This document shows positions 33,343 to 43,736 of a stretch of DNA of 64,000 bases, one piece after another. Source of the DNA: a virus. The stretch covers positions 286 to 64,285 of IMG/VR virus record IMGVR_UViG_3300030397_000812; one strand, 5' to 3'. The notes beneath the pieces were generated by a model. It saw nothing but the letters and a program-made list of their open reading frames with translations, was not told where the DNA came from and did no database searches. Both the position numbers and the translations under genes were made by a program. Position 1 is the stretch's first letter; every line of letters begins with the position of its first letter.

Positions 33343-35394
33343 TTAACCCATGCAGTTAAGCACTGCTTCGTATTTCTTGCCTCTCTTAACGAGCTCTTGG
33401 TGAGCTTTATTTACAGACACTTCACCGAATTCTTCACCGAATATTTGTGACCCATCAATATTTGTATTGGTTTCATTGAGCTTCTTTCGGTCCATAAAGG
33501 GTATGTCCACCCTGGTTTCATCCTTAAATTTTTGGATATCCTCCGGATCGAAATCTAAATCCTCGCTTATTTTCTGATCACTCTTTCGCTGTAGCTCGCC
33601 CTTTCCATCTTTAGACCCAGCTTGTTCATCATCATCTGCAATTTCGGGTTCTGATCCATCATCATCCCCCTTGCTTTCTCCATTCTTTTCGGATCTTCCG
33701 TCGATGTCATTGATAATTCCATCCAGTTTTGATTTTAACGCATCACGCTCTTTAATCAGTCCATCTCTAAGAGATTTATCTTGCGTTTGCGCAATAATAA
33801 CCTCTTTGTTCTTTATTTCAAAATATGCGTCGTCAATTTCTGATTTTGTTTCCCCGTCAATATCAGCTGGATCTATGTCTATTTCACTGTATATTTCAGA
33901 TCTTCTTTCCCGTAAGTACTTGGCTTTCTTTGGATTATCTTTAGAAGACTGGGTTTGCAGTTCTTCATTAATGGAAAAAACTTCACTCTCTGAAATGTTT
34001 TTAGCCCTAATGTAACTCGCATAATTCGATGCGGTACCAACGGGTCCTCCAGAAGCAGCTCCAAGGATGAATGAATCTATAGCCATGGTCATAGCTCTAT
34101 CCCTATCCCATTCTGCATCTCCGTAAAGAACATCTATTCCGTAATGAGAAACTTCCTGTATGGCTTCCTCAAATCCTTCAGCCAACCCTGTTTTCGCGCC
34201 AGCGGCAAGCGATTGTCTCAGATAATTAGATACATTATTCGATAATATCTTTTTAGCCTCCTCCTTACCGACGCTTTTCAGTGTTTCTCTACCCACTTTT
34301 GAAACCCCTCCCAAAAGAATTGAAGCTCCACCTTCTACAACGCCGTGTAACCCAGCCTTGCCTCTATCAATATTTTCTGGATTCTCATTGTATTGCTCGA
34401 GTAATGAGTCACCATACCCGGTCGAAAAGAAAGCACCTCCAGTAGCTCCAACACCAGCCCCACCGGTAAGGAATGAAAGCGCTAAATAAGGTATTGACTC
34501 AGCCACCTTTATTCCAACCTCTCCAAATCCAGCTACAGCACCGTCTTTCTCAAAAGTTTCAACTATTCCCTGATTAGCAACCTCAACATTTTCATCCCAA
34601 GTTTTGTTTGTGTCCCAAGACCTTACAATAGTGTTGGCTTGCATCTCCTGATTATTTGAATCGAGTCTTCGACCCATCTTCTTCATTGTCTGATCATGGA
34701 CAGCTTGTCTTTGAGCAAGATCACTATCATCTGTGTGTGGAGATAGACCGGCAATAAACTGATCGAATTCGTTCAGGGCGTCTCCAAGGGTGGCTCCTAG
34801 TGTAGTGAAGATGTTATCAGTGGTTTGGGACACGTTTCCGAGGACGCTACCCACCTTAGTTTGCTTCCCTTCTATTTTATCAGCCACCCTTTCTTGAATT
34901 GTTTCATCAACCGAAGCCTTTTGCTGTTCTCTTTTTTCAGCTAAAGAAATATCAAGTCGGGCTCGGTTAGCATCGAATTCCCTGTCATGCTTAGGACCAA
35001 GTGGATTCAGATAGTCATACCAATTCCATTCATCTGAATCGGAATCCGAAATGGTTTTTGAGTGATATTTCCTGAGCACTAATGACGGGAGTTTGCTTAA
35101 ATCTCCCCTATCTAAGGCGTCAATTTTTTCGACCGTCCAACCCTCGCCCAGATCACCATCCGTAGAAACGTCCGAACCAGATAATCCCGAATCGTCTTTT
35201 TTTTTTGGAGTTATGTCGTTAGAAAACTCCTCGAATCCTAAATTGAACCCGTCCCATTTTTGGGTTAAATTCTCATGAAGAGATCTTCTTTTGGATTCAT
35301 CCTGCATGTCTTTTTCGAACTGCTCAAATGACACACTGAACCCATCCCATTTTTGGGTTAAATTCTCATGAAGCCTTTTTAATTTCTCGTTCAT
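33343..35394 (-). CDS. Ejection (cargo) protein
   Basis: 683 aa; N-terminal 31-aa tandem repeat (LHENLTQKWDGF x2); Gly/Ala-rich amphipathic helices (AEGFEEAIQE). Confidence 0.65.
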   Translation of the reverse strand: MNEKLKRLHENLTQKWDGFSVSFEQFEKDMQDESKRRSLHENLTQKWDGFNLGFEEFSNDITPKKKDDSGLSGSDVSTDGDLGEGWTVEKIDALDRGDLSKLPSLVLRKYHSKTISDSDSDEWNWYDYLNPLGPKHDREFDANRARLDISLAEKREQQKASVDETIQERVADKIEGKQTKVGSVLGNVSQTTDNIFTTLGATLGDALNEFDQFIAGLSPHTDDSDLAQRQAVHDQTMKKMGRRLDSNNQEMQANTIVRSWDTNKTWDENVEVANQGIVETFEKDGAVAGFGEVGIKVAESIPYLALSFLTGGAGVGATGGAFFSTGYGDSLLEQYNENPENIDRGKAGLHGVVEGGASILLGGVSKVGRETLKSVGKEEAKKILSNNVSNYLRQSLAAGAKTGLAEGFEEAIQEVSHYGIDVLYGDAEWDRDRAMTMAIDSFILGAASGGPVGTASNYASYIRAKNISESEVFSINEELQTQSSKDNPKKAKYLRERRSEIYSEIDIDPADIDGETKSEIDDAYFEIKNKEVIIAQTQDKSLRDGLIKERDALKSKLDGIINDIDGRSEKNGESKGDDDGSEPEIADDDEQAGSKDGKGELQRKSDQKISEDLDFDPEDIQKFKDETRVDIPFMDRKKLNETNTNIDGSQIFGEEFGEVSVNKAHQELVKRGKKYEAVLNCMG

Positions 35395-35397
35395 AGT

Positions 35398-36807
35398 TTA
35401 GTATGCTCCTCCAGTTCCTCCGGGTGCAAATCCGTCTTTATCTACTTCCATTCCAGCCATATTGAAGAATCGACCATCTTCTCGCTGAATTATCATCCCA
35501 TTCTTGTCTGTAACAATTCTCTTATCACCATCTTCTGGATTGAACCCTTTCATGGTCTCGAATATGTTATTGAAATACAACCCCCCGTGAACATCGTCTT
35601 CCGTAAAGTCAAGGTCTTTTATGTTCTCATCAGATATTAGCTTATCAAGCATATTTCTCACGGCTGCTTGGTCCTCGGGCTCTGATAGGTTTAGTTTTCT
35701 TCCTTTGGCTAGAAGGACCTCTCCAGTTGTTGGGTGTAGCAAATCGCTTTTATCACTCAATTGAATATTCTGATCATCTATTCTCCTAAAGTTGACATTG
35801 TGTCTTTCAAGTATCTTGTCTAACTGAGTGGAGAATCCAGCTTTTCGGTACCTAGCCGGTCTCATTATGTAATCAGAAAGAACATCAATTGATAACCCAC
35901 TGGAAAATGGATCCCCGGCAGCTTTCTTGTTTCTAGCCCTTAACCCAGCGTTACGCAATTTCTTGTACTCTCTATCTAATGGATCAATCCATTGGGCATC
36001 CCTATTTCCAAACTTTGAATTGGTGCCATCAATGTATCGAGCCATTTCCTCCTGCGGAGATCTCATGTTGTATCCTAATTCCTTTGCGCGATTGTACGCC
36101 TCCATAAAGGAGCTTTGACCCTCCGGGGTAAAGGAAAGATTTCCCGAATCATCCATTTTAAGGATGTTGGAGTAAGATTTGGAAATAGTACCCCCTCGAT
36201 CGTCTGTGAATGTGGAAGTTGCAGTCCCTACATCGCCCAAGATGTTATCTATTACTCTATAGGAATCAGACCCCCCCAATATAACCTGATTCAATTCCGA
36301 CATTATATCAGAGGTATCAAGGGTAGAGAGTTTGTCATCGTCAACGAGCATCCTCATGACCTGATTCATCATTTTGGGTTTCTCAGAATCGGGTATCATT
36401 TCGTTGGACATGATGGATTGCTCTGCATCCCGGTAAATCAGATCGATATTTCGACTGTTTTTAGCTAATCGAGATAATTCGTTGATCTTAGAGTTCAATC
36501 CAGACATCCTAGACATGTCGATCGATATTCCCGTTCCTACACCAAGGGTTTTGGTCTCCTTTAGGACCTTGGACCTTATCTCATCTCTTAGTTCCGATGC
36601 TCTCCCCTCAACAAATTCACCAGTAATGACACCAAGCTCTTTGGTGATATTATTAATATCTTCGAACCTGTTTCGTAAATACTCAGACTTCCTGGTATTC
36701 ATTTGATCCATATGACCAGCGATGGACTGGATTCCGGAAAACGCATCATTTAACGCCTCCCGGTTTTGCTGTGTCATTTGATCTATTTGTGATGCGAAAT
36801 CAGGCAT
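35398..36807 (-). CDS. Ejection (cargo) protein
   Basis: Helical 469-aa protein between muzzle and large cargo genes. Confidence 0.55.
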   Translation of the reverse strand: MPDFASQIDQMTQQNREALNDAFSGIQSIAGHMDQMNTRKSEYLRNRFEDINNITKELGVITGEFVEGRASELRDEIRSKVLKETKTLGVGTGISIDMSRMSGLNSKINELSRLAKNSRNIDLIYRDAEQSIMSNEMIPDSEKPKMMNQVMRMLVDDDKLSTLDTSDIMSELNQVILGGSDSYRVIDNILGDVGTATSTFTDDRGGTISKSYSNILKMDDSGNLSFTPEGQSSFMEAYNRAKELGYNMRSPQEEMARYIDGTNSKFGNRDAQWIDPLDREYKKLRNAGLRARNKKAAGDPFSSGLSIDVLSDYIMRPARYRKAGFSTQLDKILERHNVNFRRIDDQNIQLSDKSDLLHPTTGEVLLAKGRKLNLSEPEDQAAVRNMLDKLISDENIKDLDFTEDDVHGGLYFNNIFETMKGFNPEDGDKRIVTDKNGMIIQREDGRFFNMAGMEVDKDGFAPGGTGGAY

Positions 36808-37616
36808 TACCCAAGTGTGTTTGCTAAAAAATCTCTATTGTCCATCATCATTCCAAAGCTGAGAGCGCTGTCGCCCAATCCTCCGAATAATCCTTCAAGG
36901 TTCCCTGCTTGCATGTTGTAAATTGAAGCTCTAGATCCGGCAATAGCGTCTCTGGCTGCAATTAAGTTCATTTCGTTTTGATTTGCAAGTTCAGACAGGG
37001 TTAATCCGGCAGATTGCCTAAAGTTCGCCATTCTCATTGTTCGATCTCTGTCTGACTCGAACTCCGTCATTTCCTTTCTCTGATAAAAATCAGTCCTTCT
37101 AGCAGCTGCTCCCTCAAGTCTATTCATTGCCTCGTCAATCCTAGACTCCCTGGCATTTATACCAGCAATATCTATATTGCTCATCGCCCTCCTCTCCATA
37201 GCCTCGGTTTCGGAAAGAAAGCCTAGCAAATCAGCAGTGGAGGAGCCGGTTCTCCTAGCGGCAGCTATTGAATCGGCAGTCGATTGTCTTACGGAGTCCC
37301 TGGCTATTTCTTCTCCAGACGCTCTACCAAATTGTCTTTGAGCGGATCTTTGAGCATCAGAATATTGAGCATCAGCATACGAGGTATCTATATCTAAGTC
37401 TTCCAGCTGAGAAAGCTCCTCAAAAGCATCTTTATACACACCCTCGACCCTTTCAAAATTAGCTTCTCCAGCTAATCTTATTTCCTCTAATCTTTCCTGA
37501 TTTCTCCTGTGCAGCCTCTCCGCAGCCTTTCGCCTCTTCCTGGAGCCAAATAATCCCCCCAGCAATTTTGAGGCGCCTCCCCCAATCATAAGTGCTCCCG
37601 CTAAACTCAGTGGCAT
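36807..37616 (-). CDS. Ejection/pilot protein
   Basis: N-terminal GAL..GGG...LLGGLFG segment, A/Q/R-rich coiled-coil, C-terminal GLFGGLG. Confidence 0.65.
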   Translation of the reverse strand: MPLSLAGALMIGGGASKLLGGLFGSRKRRKAAERLHRRNQERLEEIRLAGEANFERVEGVYKDAFEELSQLEDLDIDTSYADAQYSDAQRSAQRQFGRASGEEIARDSVRQSTADSIAAARRTGSSTADLLGFLSETEAMERRAMSNIDIAGINARESRIDEAMNRLEGAAARRTDFYQRKEMTEFESDRDRTMRMANFRQSAGLTLSELANQNEMNLIAARDAIAGSRASIYNMQAGNLEGLFGGLGDSALSFGMMMDNRDFLANTLG

Positions 37617-37635
37617 GTCTGTGTGTTAATCATAG

Positions 37636-37643
37636 CAAATATA
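37636..37643 (-). promoter_or_regulatory. -7 box TATATTTG (cargo operon)
   Basis: Intergenic, 19 nt before ATG 37616. Confidence 0.65.
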
Positions 37644-37653
37644 CTGAAATCCA

Positions 37654-40600
37654 TTAATAAGTCATTGTTTGATAGCCAAGGTACAATTCCTTTAGGGCTT
37701 GACTTGTGGATTGATCGCTTCCGAGAGTGATATCTATATCGAGGGTAGATCCAAGTAATGGAAGCCCATCCGTTATACCCCCTGAATTCTCATCAAGGTA
37801 GACGTCTGAATAAAGATAAGATCCGTCAATTACGAAAAACCCCTCACTAAGAGTTGTTTGTTGACCCACGTCGTTAGAAAAAACAAATGTTATTGGATTT
37901 ACAGAGTATGTTCCTAAGTTCTGAAGATTACCCCTGGCTCTCATAAACTTGGGCTCAAAGTTCTGCTGCATAAACTTGCTCAACTTTATGGATGAGCTGG
38001 ACGCAGCACCCATGTATGATCCGTAATTGGATCCCAATGTCTGCCAAATCTTGTCATTAAATATGGGAAAAGCCTTGTCGTCATACTGCACCCCGCCAAT
38101 ATCCATCTGGAAGTCATGAAATCCAACCCATCCAACACCTTGCCTATATGATATTGTTTCGCCAGACCCGTCCTTCATATAGAAGAAGAACATGTCGTGA
38201 AATTTATCATACATAGAAATAACTTCACCAGATTCAGACTGGAAAAATGGCTTCACCTTATAATCCGAAATAGCCACCAATCCTTCCCTTGAGTATCTTA
38301 TTATGTCCTTATTGAAGTCATCCCACCAAGCAACATGCCCATTCTGATCCTTGACAATGGATCTCTTGTGTTTACACCCATGGGATCCTTGAAGCGGTTG
38401 TATAGAACCGACGACAGCGTCACTTAGCGCGAGAGACGATGATCCATCATTGTTTGTAACCAACCTCTCATTGATGTAAATAGAATTTGTTTCTCTTTCA
38501 CAGATTGCTAAAAGAACAGATCCTATTGAATCGATTTTGTTCGTCGTTATTAGCGATGTTATTGGTCCGGATTCCTCTGAGACAAATTCCTGATCTCCAG
38601 TATTAAAAGATGATATTGGATTAAATAAAGAATCCTCCACGAACCGAGCGCCCCATCTTATCTTGTTGTCTAGCGTCCTCGGCTCATTTCCTCTATCGGT
38701 AAATACCCCTCTTCCTCTAGGTCTGTCCCAGTAGAAGTCATTGTTTCTTATTCTGTTCGGCTTTCTACATAGTCCCCATTGATCCTCCTTGTTTGACGCG
38801 ATAGAGGTTTGAACGATGTCTTCTTCTAGATTTGCTAAAATATATGATCCTGAAAGAAGATTCACGTCAGTGTTGGTTGATCCGGAATCCAATACCCCCA
38901 CAAGGGATACCCCTGTTTGTTGGGTAGCATCTAACTCAATATCGATTATTCCGGAGAATTCAAATGTATCAGCACTATCCAGAACGCCAAGAACTACGTC
39001 TGATCCATTGAGAACCTCTATTCTCAATTCCACTGGATCATTAAAGCTCCCGGAAGTGGTTTCACACCTGATGTCATAAAAAATCCTTGCTCTTCCGTCT
39101 TTTGCAGGAAGCGCCACTCCATTCATGTCATATGTGACGTTGTATTTCATGACGCTGGTATCCTCCCCAGAAACACTGGTGAATGTTCCGGGCTGTTTAG
39201 TGTCTCCGTCGTCCAAATTAGCGGCGTATATTTTCTCTTCGGAAAATGGCAGGGCGCCATTGGTTAGGTCATAGTTTGGAGCCGCAATTCCGGTGCTTGA
39301 GGCGACCGTGTTATTGATTGATGTTGTGCTCGTGCCATTGCTTATATTTCCCCAGGAAAGCGAATCTAAATTCCTGTCATGAGTTGTGAGCCCTGTAACA
39401 TGAATTGTTGTGCCGGAAATCCTTGTTATCCAGCAAGTTATATCGTCATCCTGATCTGGGTGTGTTAGGGTCACGAAATCATTAGCAGAAAATCCAGCAG
39501 CCGATACCACGGAGAATGCAATGTCCTGAACCGTTGCGTAGTAATTGTTTGAGTCTATTACCTTAACGATTCTTTGAATATGAGTCCCTGGCGTCCCGGT
39601 TGGAACATCAACAATATCCCCCTTAGCATGACCATGGGCAGCATCGTTTACTCTATAGCAAGAGTTGAATGTTTGTCGATGAGAATTAGAATGAACCGCA
39701 TCAAAAACAAACCAATCATCAGATGTTCCTATTGATTTTGATGCGTCATCCTCCAGGAATACCACGGCACCTTTAATTGGGACCGGCATTCCTGGCTGTT
39801 CTACAGGAGTATTTGCGCTAAAAAAATAACCTGTGTCTTCGTCAATATGAGAACTGAAGACAGATGGTCGAAATCTTTGAGACTCAAAGTATTGGTCATA
39901 GTGTCTTTGCCCAAATATGAAAATCTCATCATCGCCAAACGTTTCATTCAGCGATCCTCCCGGAGTGACCCGAAACACTCTACCTATTTCGTAAAAAACA
40001 CTGAATTCATCATCTGCTATGGATTTTGGCGAGAATATCTCAATGTAGTTGTCCTCTCCGCCCTGTTTAGGAATCTTAAAATCCTCAGTTGGTTCGCAGA
40101 AAATGAGCCCATTAACAACCGACTTCACTCCAATTTGAGTAGGCGAACCGTCATCCCCTATTAAATTCACCCTATCACCCTCCTGGAAAGAATATGATAT
40201 TGGGGCGTCAATCACAATAGAGTCCACACTCTGACCTTCTGGTGCTACGTTAGAAAAATACAGGGTCCCGTCGTTATCTTCGAGTTGGAAAAATATCGAG
40301 TTAGCATATGCCTCGATTGAAAAATCCTTAGTGAGATTGTTCGTCATCACCACTTTGGCATATTCAGCCCATGATGGAATAGATGATGAGGTCATTGTTA
40401 TCTCATCTATTTTCGTTGCAACGCCAAATTGAGCAGTCTGTACATTGTTAATAGACGATGGGTGAACGCCTCTTGTCCTGAAAAATTTATCCATGAACAT
40501 GACTCCAATTTTGTAGAGAGAGTCATTTGTTAGATGTTTTTCAGTCCACGCAGTCGCAACCCTGTCATTGCCCGACCCGATGTAGGAGAAGGGTTTTTCT

Positions 40601-41871
40601 TCCGTGGTATTTTCGCTAGATGGACTGGTTACGGTGAAGTCATCGGAAACAACATTTAAGGTCACAGACAGCGCAACGTCTCCATCCTCACTCGCTAGAT
40701 CATCGACCATGTTGCCAAGGAAAACCCTGTTTGAATTGATTTCGATCGTCTGAGCGGTAATCGGAACGGAATCAAAAAGCTTTGAGCTTTCAGTTGTTGA
40801 GAGCGCTTCGTTCTGCTGACCGGTAAACACTAAATTTCTTGGATTTACTCCAGAAACGCCGGTTGGCTTTGTTTCTACCCTTCGATAGGGTCCTCCATTT
40901 CTACTAGCATACCATTCCACCTGAACGATAGATTCATCGTTTGACCCGCCATCTATAGTAACATTCCATGTGTCTGTGTCGGAGTTTTTATCAGCCGGTA
41001 TGTGTATTGGGAATGATAGAACAGAAACTTCACCCGTGATAAATACGTACCTAGCGGCAATGTCCCATCCGTTTTCCTGGAATAGATACTCGGTTCCTAG
41101 CCCAGTGTTCGTTGGATTAAATGTGTAAAGATCTCCGGGAGGGTCTTTTATGAGGAATAAGTCTTTTGTTTCCCATCCGGTTTGAGAATCATTCACATCC
41201 GTAGACATGAATCTATAACTAATATCTGTACTCCATGACATTGGAACCCCGTCACCGTAATAATTCCAGAGTAGTATTTTGTCAAGTAGCTTGAAGTCGG
41301 GGACACTTATTGTTATGTCTCCTTCATCTCTGTATGAAACGATCATAGAAGAGTCTCCGGAAGTGTCTATTTTGACAATATTCACTAAATCTTCATCAGC
41401 CTGTAAAACACTAGGAGTGCTAACTATAGTGCCATTACCATTAACCGTAATGAGTGGCAATGAATCGGTGAAAGAGGTGGAGCTCGTTTGAATTAATCGT
41501 ATTCCATACGTGGAAGACCCATCCATATCGACCCCTCCAGAATAAACAACTCCGGTGGCTCCATTTGATTGAGAGACTCCTGTTCCTTGTATAGTTCCGG
41601 TAACTCCTTGTAGGTTTATTCCGATTCGATCGGCTGTTGATTTATACAGTATGAACTGATTCCCGGATTCATCTCCAGTAGCAGCCAAAACCTCAGTAGC
41701 ATCAGTTGGTATATTCGCGAATTCATCAATAGATGACATTTTCTTAAAGGCACCAGCATTCCCATCCGGACCTTCGGAAATAACCATATTCCTAGCGTCA
41801 GAATAATCTCCTTCAGGTAAATTAGCCTGAGAGAGGTTTAACTGACCATCAAATCGTAATCGCTCCTCCAT
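37654..41871 (-). CDS. Tail muzzle / stabilization protein (P22 gp10-like, crAss-like)
   Basis: 1405 aa; N-terminal LPEGDYSDARNM; C-terminal GPITSL...GCKH...WWDDFNKDIIRYSREGLVAISDY beta-propeller motifs. Confidence 0.8.
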   Translation of the reverse strand: MEERLRFDGQLNLSQANLPEGDYSDARNMVISEGPDGNAGAFKKMSSIDEFANIPTDATEVLAATGDESGNQFILYKSTADRIGINLQGVTGTIQGTGVSQSNGATGVVYSGGVDMDGSSTYGIRLIQTSSTSFTDSLPLITVNGNGTIVSTPSVLQADEDLVNIVKIDTSGDSSMIVSYRDEGDITISVPDFKLLDKILLWNYYGDGVPMSWSTDISYRFMSTDVNDSQTGWETKDLFLIKDPPGDLYTFNPTNTGLGTEYLFQENGWDIAARYVFITGEVSVLSFPIHIPADKNSDTDTWNVTIDGGSNDESIVQVEWYASRNGGPYRRVETKPTGVSGVNPRNLVFTGQQNEALSTTESSKLFDSVPITAQTIEINSNRVFLGNMVDDLASEDGDVALSVTLNVVSDDFTVTSPSSENTTEEKPFSYIGSGNDRVATAWTEKHLTNDSLYKIGVMFMDKFFRTRGVHPSSINNVQTAQFGVATKIDEITMTSSSIPSWAEYAKVVMTNNLTKDFSIEAYANSIFFQLEDNDGTLYFSNVAPEGQSVDSIVIDAPISYSFQEGDRVNLIGDDGSPTQIGVKSVVNGLIFCEPTEDFKIPKQGGEDNYIEIFSPKSIADDEFSVFYEIGRVFRVTPGGSLNETFGDDEIFIFGQRHYDQYFESQRFRPSVFSSHIDEDTGYFFSANTPVEQPGMPVPIKGAVVFLEDDASKSIGTSDDWFVFDAVHSNSHRQTFNSCYRVNDAAHGHAKGDIVDVPTGTPGTHIQRIVKVIDSNNYYATVQDIAFSVVSAAGFSANDFVTLTHPDQDDDITCWITRISGTTIHVTGLTTHDRNLDSLSWGNISNGTSTTSINNTVASSTGIAAPNYDLTNGALPFSEEKIYAANLDDGDTKQPGTFTSVSGEDTSVMKYNVTYDMNGVALPAKDGRARIFYDIRCETTSGSFNDPVELRIEVLNGSDVVLGVLDSADTFEFSGIIDIELDATQQTGVSLVGVLDSGSTNTDVNLLSGSYILANLEEDIVQTSIASNKEDQWGLCRKPNRIRNNDFYWDRPRGRGVFTDRGNEPRTLDNKIRWGARFVEDSLFNPISSFNTGDQEFVSEESGPITSLITTNKIDSIGSVLLAICERETNSIYINERLVTNNDGSSSLALSDAVVGSIQPLQGSHGCKHKRSIVKDQNGHVAWWDDFNKDIIRYSREGLVAISDYKVKPFFQSESGEVISMYDKFHDMFFFYMKDGSGETISYRQGVGWVGFHDFQMDIGGVQYDDKAFPIFNDKIWQTLGSNYGSYMGAASSSSIKLSKFMQQNFEPKFMRARGNLQNLGTYSVNPITFVFSNDVGQQTTLSEGFFVIDGSYLYSDVYLDENSGGITDGLPLLGSTLDIDITLGSDQSTSQALKELYLGYQTMTY

Positions 41872-42624
41872 TTAAAGTTTGAGTGATCCGTGAATTCCCC
41901 TCCTTATTTGGTAGACCAAGTCAGCCCTGGTGGTCGGGTAAATAAGGGCTCTCATGTTTCTCTTAGCATTCACATAATCATCCTTGGCTTCGTCAATTTT
42001 TACCTGAGGGAATTGATTCATTTGATAATAAGAATGCTTCATTTTAGACTTGAGCACATCTACAAATTCCTCCCTAACTAGATTTGCAGTTGTTGGAGAA
42101 ACAGGATTCGTTGCGTAAGTCAATACAACTGTGTCTCGGTGGAAATTATTCGAGAAAACGATTTCTCCGTTTTGATAATCCACATTAAATGTCCTATCCT
42201 GAGGTGTGTTTAATCCGAAGTATCCGCCGAATCCGAATCTATTTAGGTCGTAGTAATAGTCATCAAGAAAATCAACCAGAATTGTTTCCGGTCCCTCCTC
42301 AGATACCGCCTCTGGGAACGGTATTTTATTGCCTTGATCATCGAAATTGTACAAACGATTCAGATTTCTATCTCTCACGGCTGGCAATAATCTTTCACCG
42401 CTCTTAATTGACAGGTCAACCATGTACAACATGTCATCAGGAATTGGTACCCGATTATACCCATTTATGGATAATTCAACTTGCTTAACAGACATTTTGT
42501 GATGCACAGAAAGTCTCCTCATTTCATTTAAGGCGATAAGCAAAAACTCAACATAAAAATGAAGAGTTAATTTACAGTCAATCAGTGTTTCTCTTACTAT
42601 GCTATTTATTGTCCTGGTTACCAT
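41872..42624 (-). CDS. Tail ring/tubular protein
   Basis: Position; VPIPDDMLYMVDL, FNVDYQNGEIVFS...VVLTY. Confidence 0.7.
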   Translation of the reverse strand: MVTRTINSIVRETLIDCKLTLHFYVEFLLIALNEMRRLSVHHKMSVKQVELSINGYNRVPIPDDMLYMVDLSIKSGERLLPAVRDRNLNRLYNFDDQGNKIPFPEAVSEEGPETILVDFLDDYYYDLNRFGFGGYFGLNTPQDRTFNVDYQNGEIVFSNNFHRDTVVLTYATNPVSPTTANLVREEFVDVLKSKMKHSYYQMNQFPQVKIDEAKDDYVNAKRNMRALIYPTTRADLVYQIRRGIHGSLKL

Positions 42625-43246
42625 TGCTCATTTGTATGTCCTCTAAATTATTCAATGACTGTAAGTCACTCTGTGATAGCTGACTTAACCCGAATGTTTG
42701 AAGAGCCATGTTTATTACATCCAGCTCATAGGAAGAAGAGAGCGGCAATGGGTCATTGTCTCCCCATTTAGAGAAGTCAGAGGTCAGCAGCCAAAAATCA
42801 TAATTCCCGTCTGCCACATCACTCAAAAACTCTATAACATCTCCATACTGGAAATAGCCGACCTGTCCTTCAATTCCTGAAGCAATCGTGTCTCCTAACA
42901 TTTTAGCCATAGATGCTGGGACCGGTATGTATGGGTTCAGTGAATCACTGGGATTTACTATTTCCCACACCCCCATTCCATTAACCAAGTTGAGTGGGAA
43001 TGCGGGAAGGGTTGCCTTATTTGATGCAACAGCAACCGAGTACTTAATTAATGATGATTGTGGAATTTGAGAATTCCCATACCGATTAGCATTGATAGTT
43101 TCTATGTGAAGAACCTTGTTTATAGATTGCTCCACAGCAAGCAAGGCTTCCGCTCGATACAGTACAGGGTCTAAGTTTTCTCTGTCGACGCTTCTAGATC
43201 GAATTCTCTGAACCTGTTCTGCTAATTTTATTTTTGTTGTCGGCAT
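42602..43246 (-). CDS. Tail ring/adaptor protein
   Basis: Position in tail block; ATLPAFPLNL..GMGV, DDDPLP-like motif. Confidence 0.65.
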   Translation of the reverse strand: MPTTKIKLAEQVQRIRSRSVDRENLDPVLYRAEALLAVEQSINKVLHIETINANRYGNSQIPQSSLIKYSVAVASNKATLPAFPLNLVNGMGVWEIVNPSDSLNPYIPVPASMAKMLGDTIASGIEGQVGYFQYGDVIEFLSDVADGNYDFWLLTSDFSKWGDNDPLPLSSSYELDVINMALQTFGLSQLSQSDLQSLNNLEDIQMSNGNQDNK

Positions 43247-43247
43247 A

Positions 43248-43736
43248 TTACACTGCTATTTTCCATCCCTTGTGAGATATTCTGTCTCCATTAATAACCT
43301 TCCATAAAGATGATCTATCTAAGTTATTGCCTCTAACCAATTCAAATGGATAACAAGTAACCTCCTCCCCTGTTGATTCATTAAAAAAAGTGTGTATAGA
43401 GGATAATTTAACGCCCCTACTTCTAGCTAGATTATTTTTGTGCTCCTCTGACATAACACTCCTTGTCACAGACATCTCTATGTTGATTATTTGATCATAA
43501 TTCTCATCAATAAATGATTGTTCCCATTTATTTAAGTTTTCTTCTGGGCACTTTATTAGTATTTTAAATTCAAAAACTTCCTCGCCATATTTATTGTATA
43601 TATTTTGAAGATAATGATTTCCGTGATTGCCCTTTCTCAGGCTCCACATATGACTATAAAATCTTCTTTCAATAGATTTTGATTGACCTATATAGCATCT
43701 TCCATTTGCTTTAATCATGTAAATTCCGCTAGTCAT
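43248..43736 (-). mobile_element. Free-standing GIY-YIG homing endonuclease
   Basis: GIY-x8-YIG-QS, R, H..L...NH.N..LQ..YNKYG, E; C-terminal NUMOD-like HKGW. Confidence 0.9.

Noticed and set aside
43248-43736. Group I intron housing the GIY-YIG gene
   Set aside because: Flanking genes are complete and abut the ORF, leaving no room for intron core helices.
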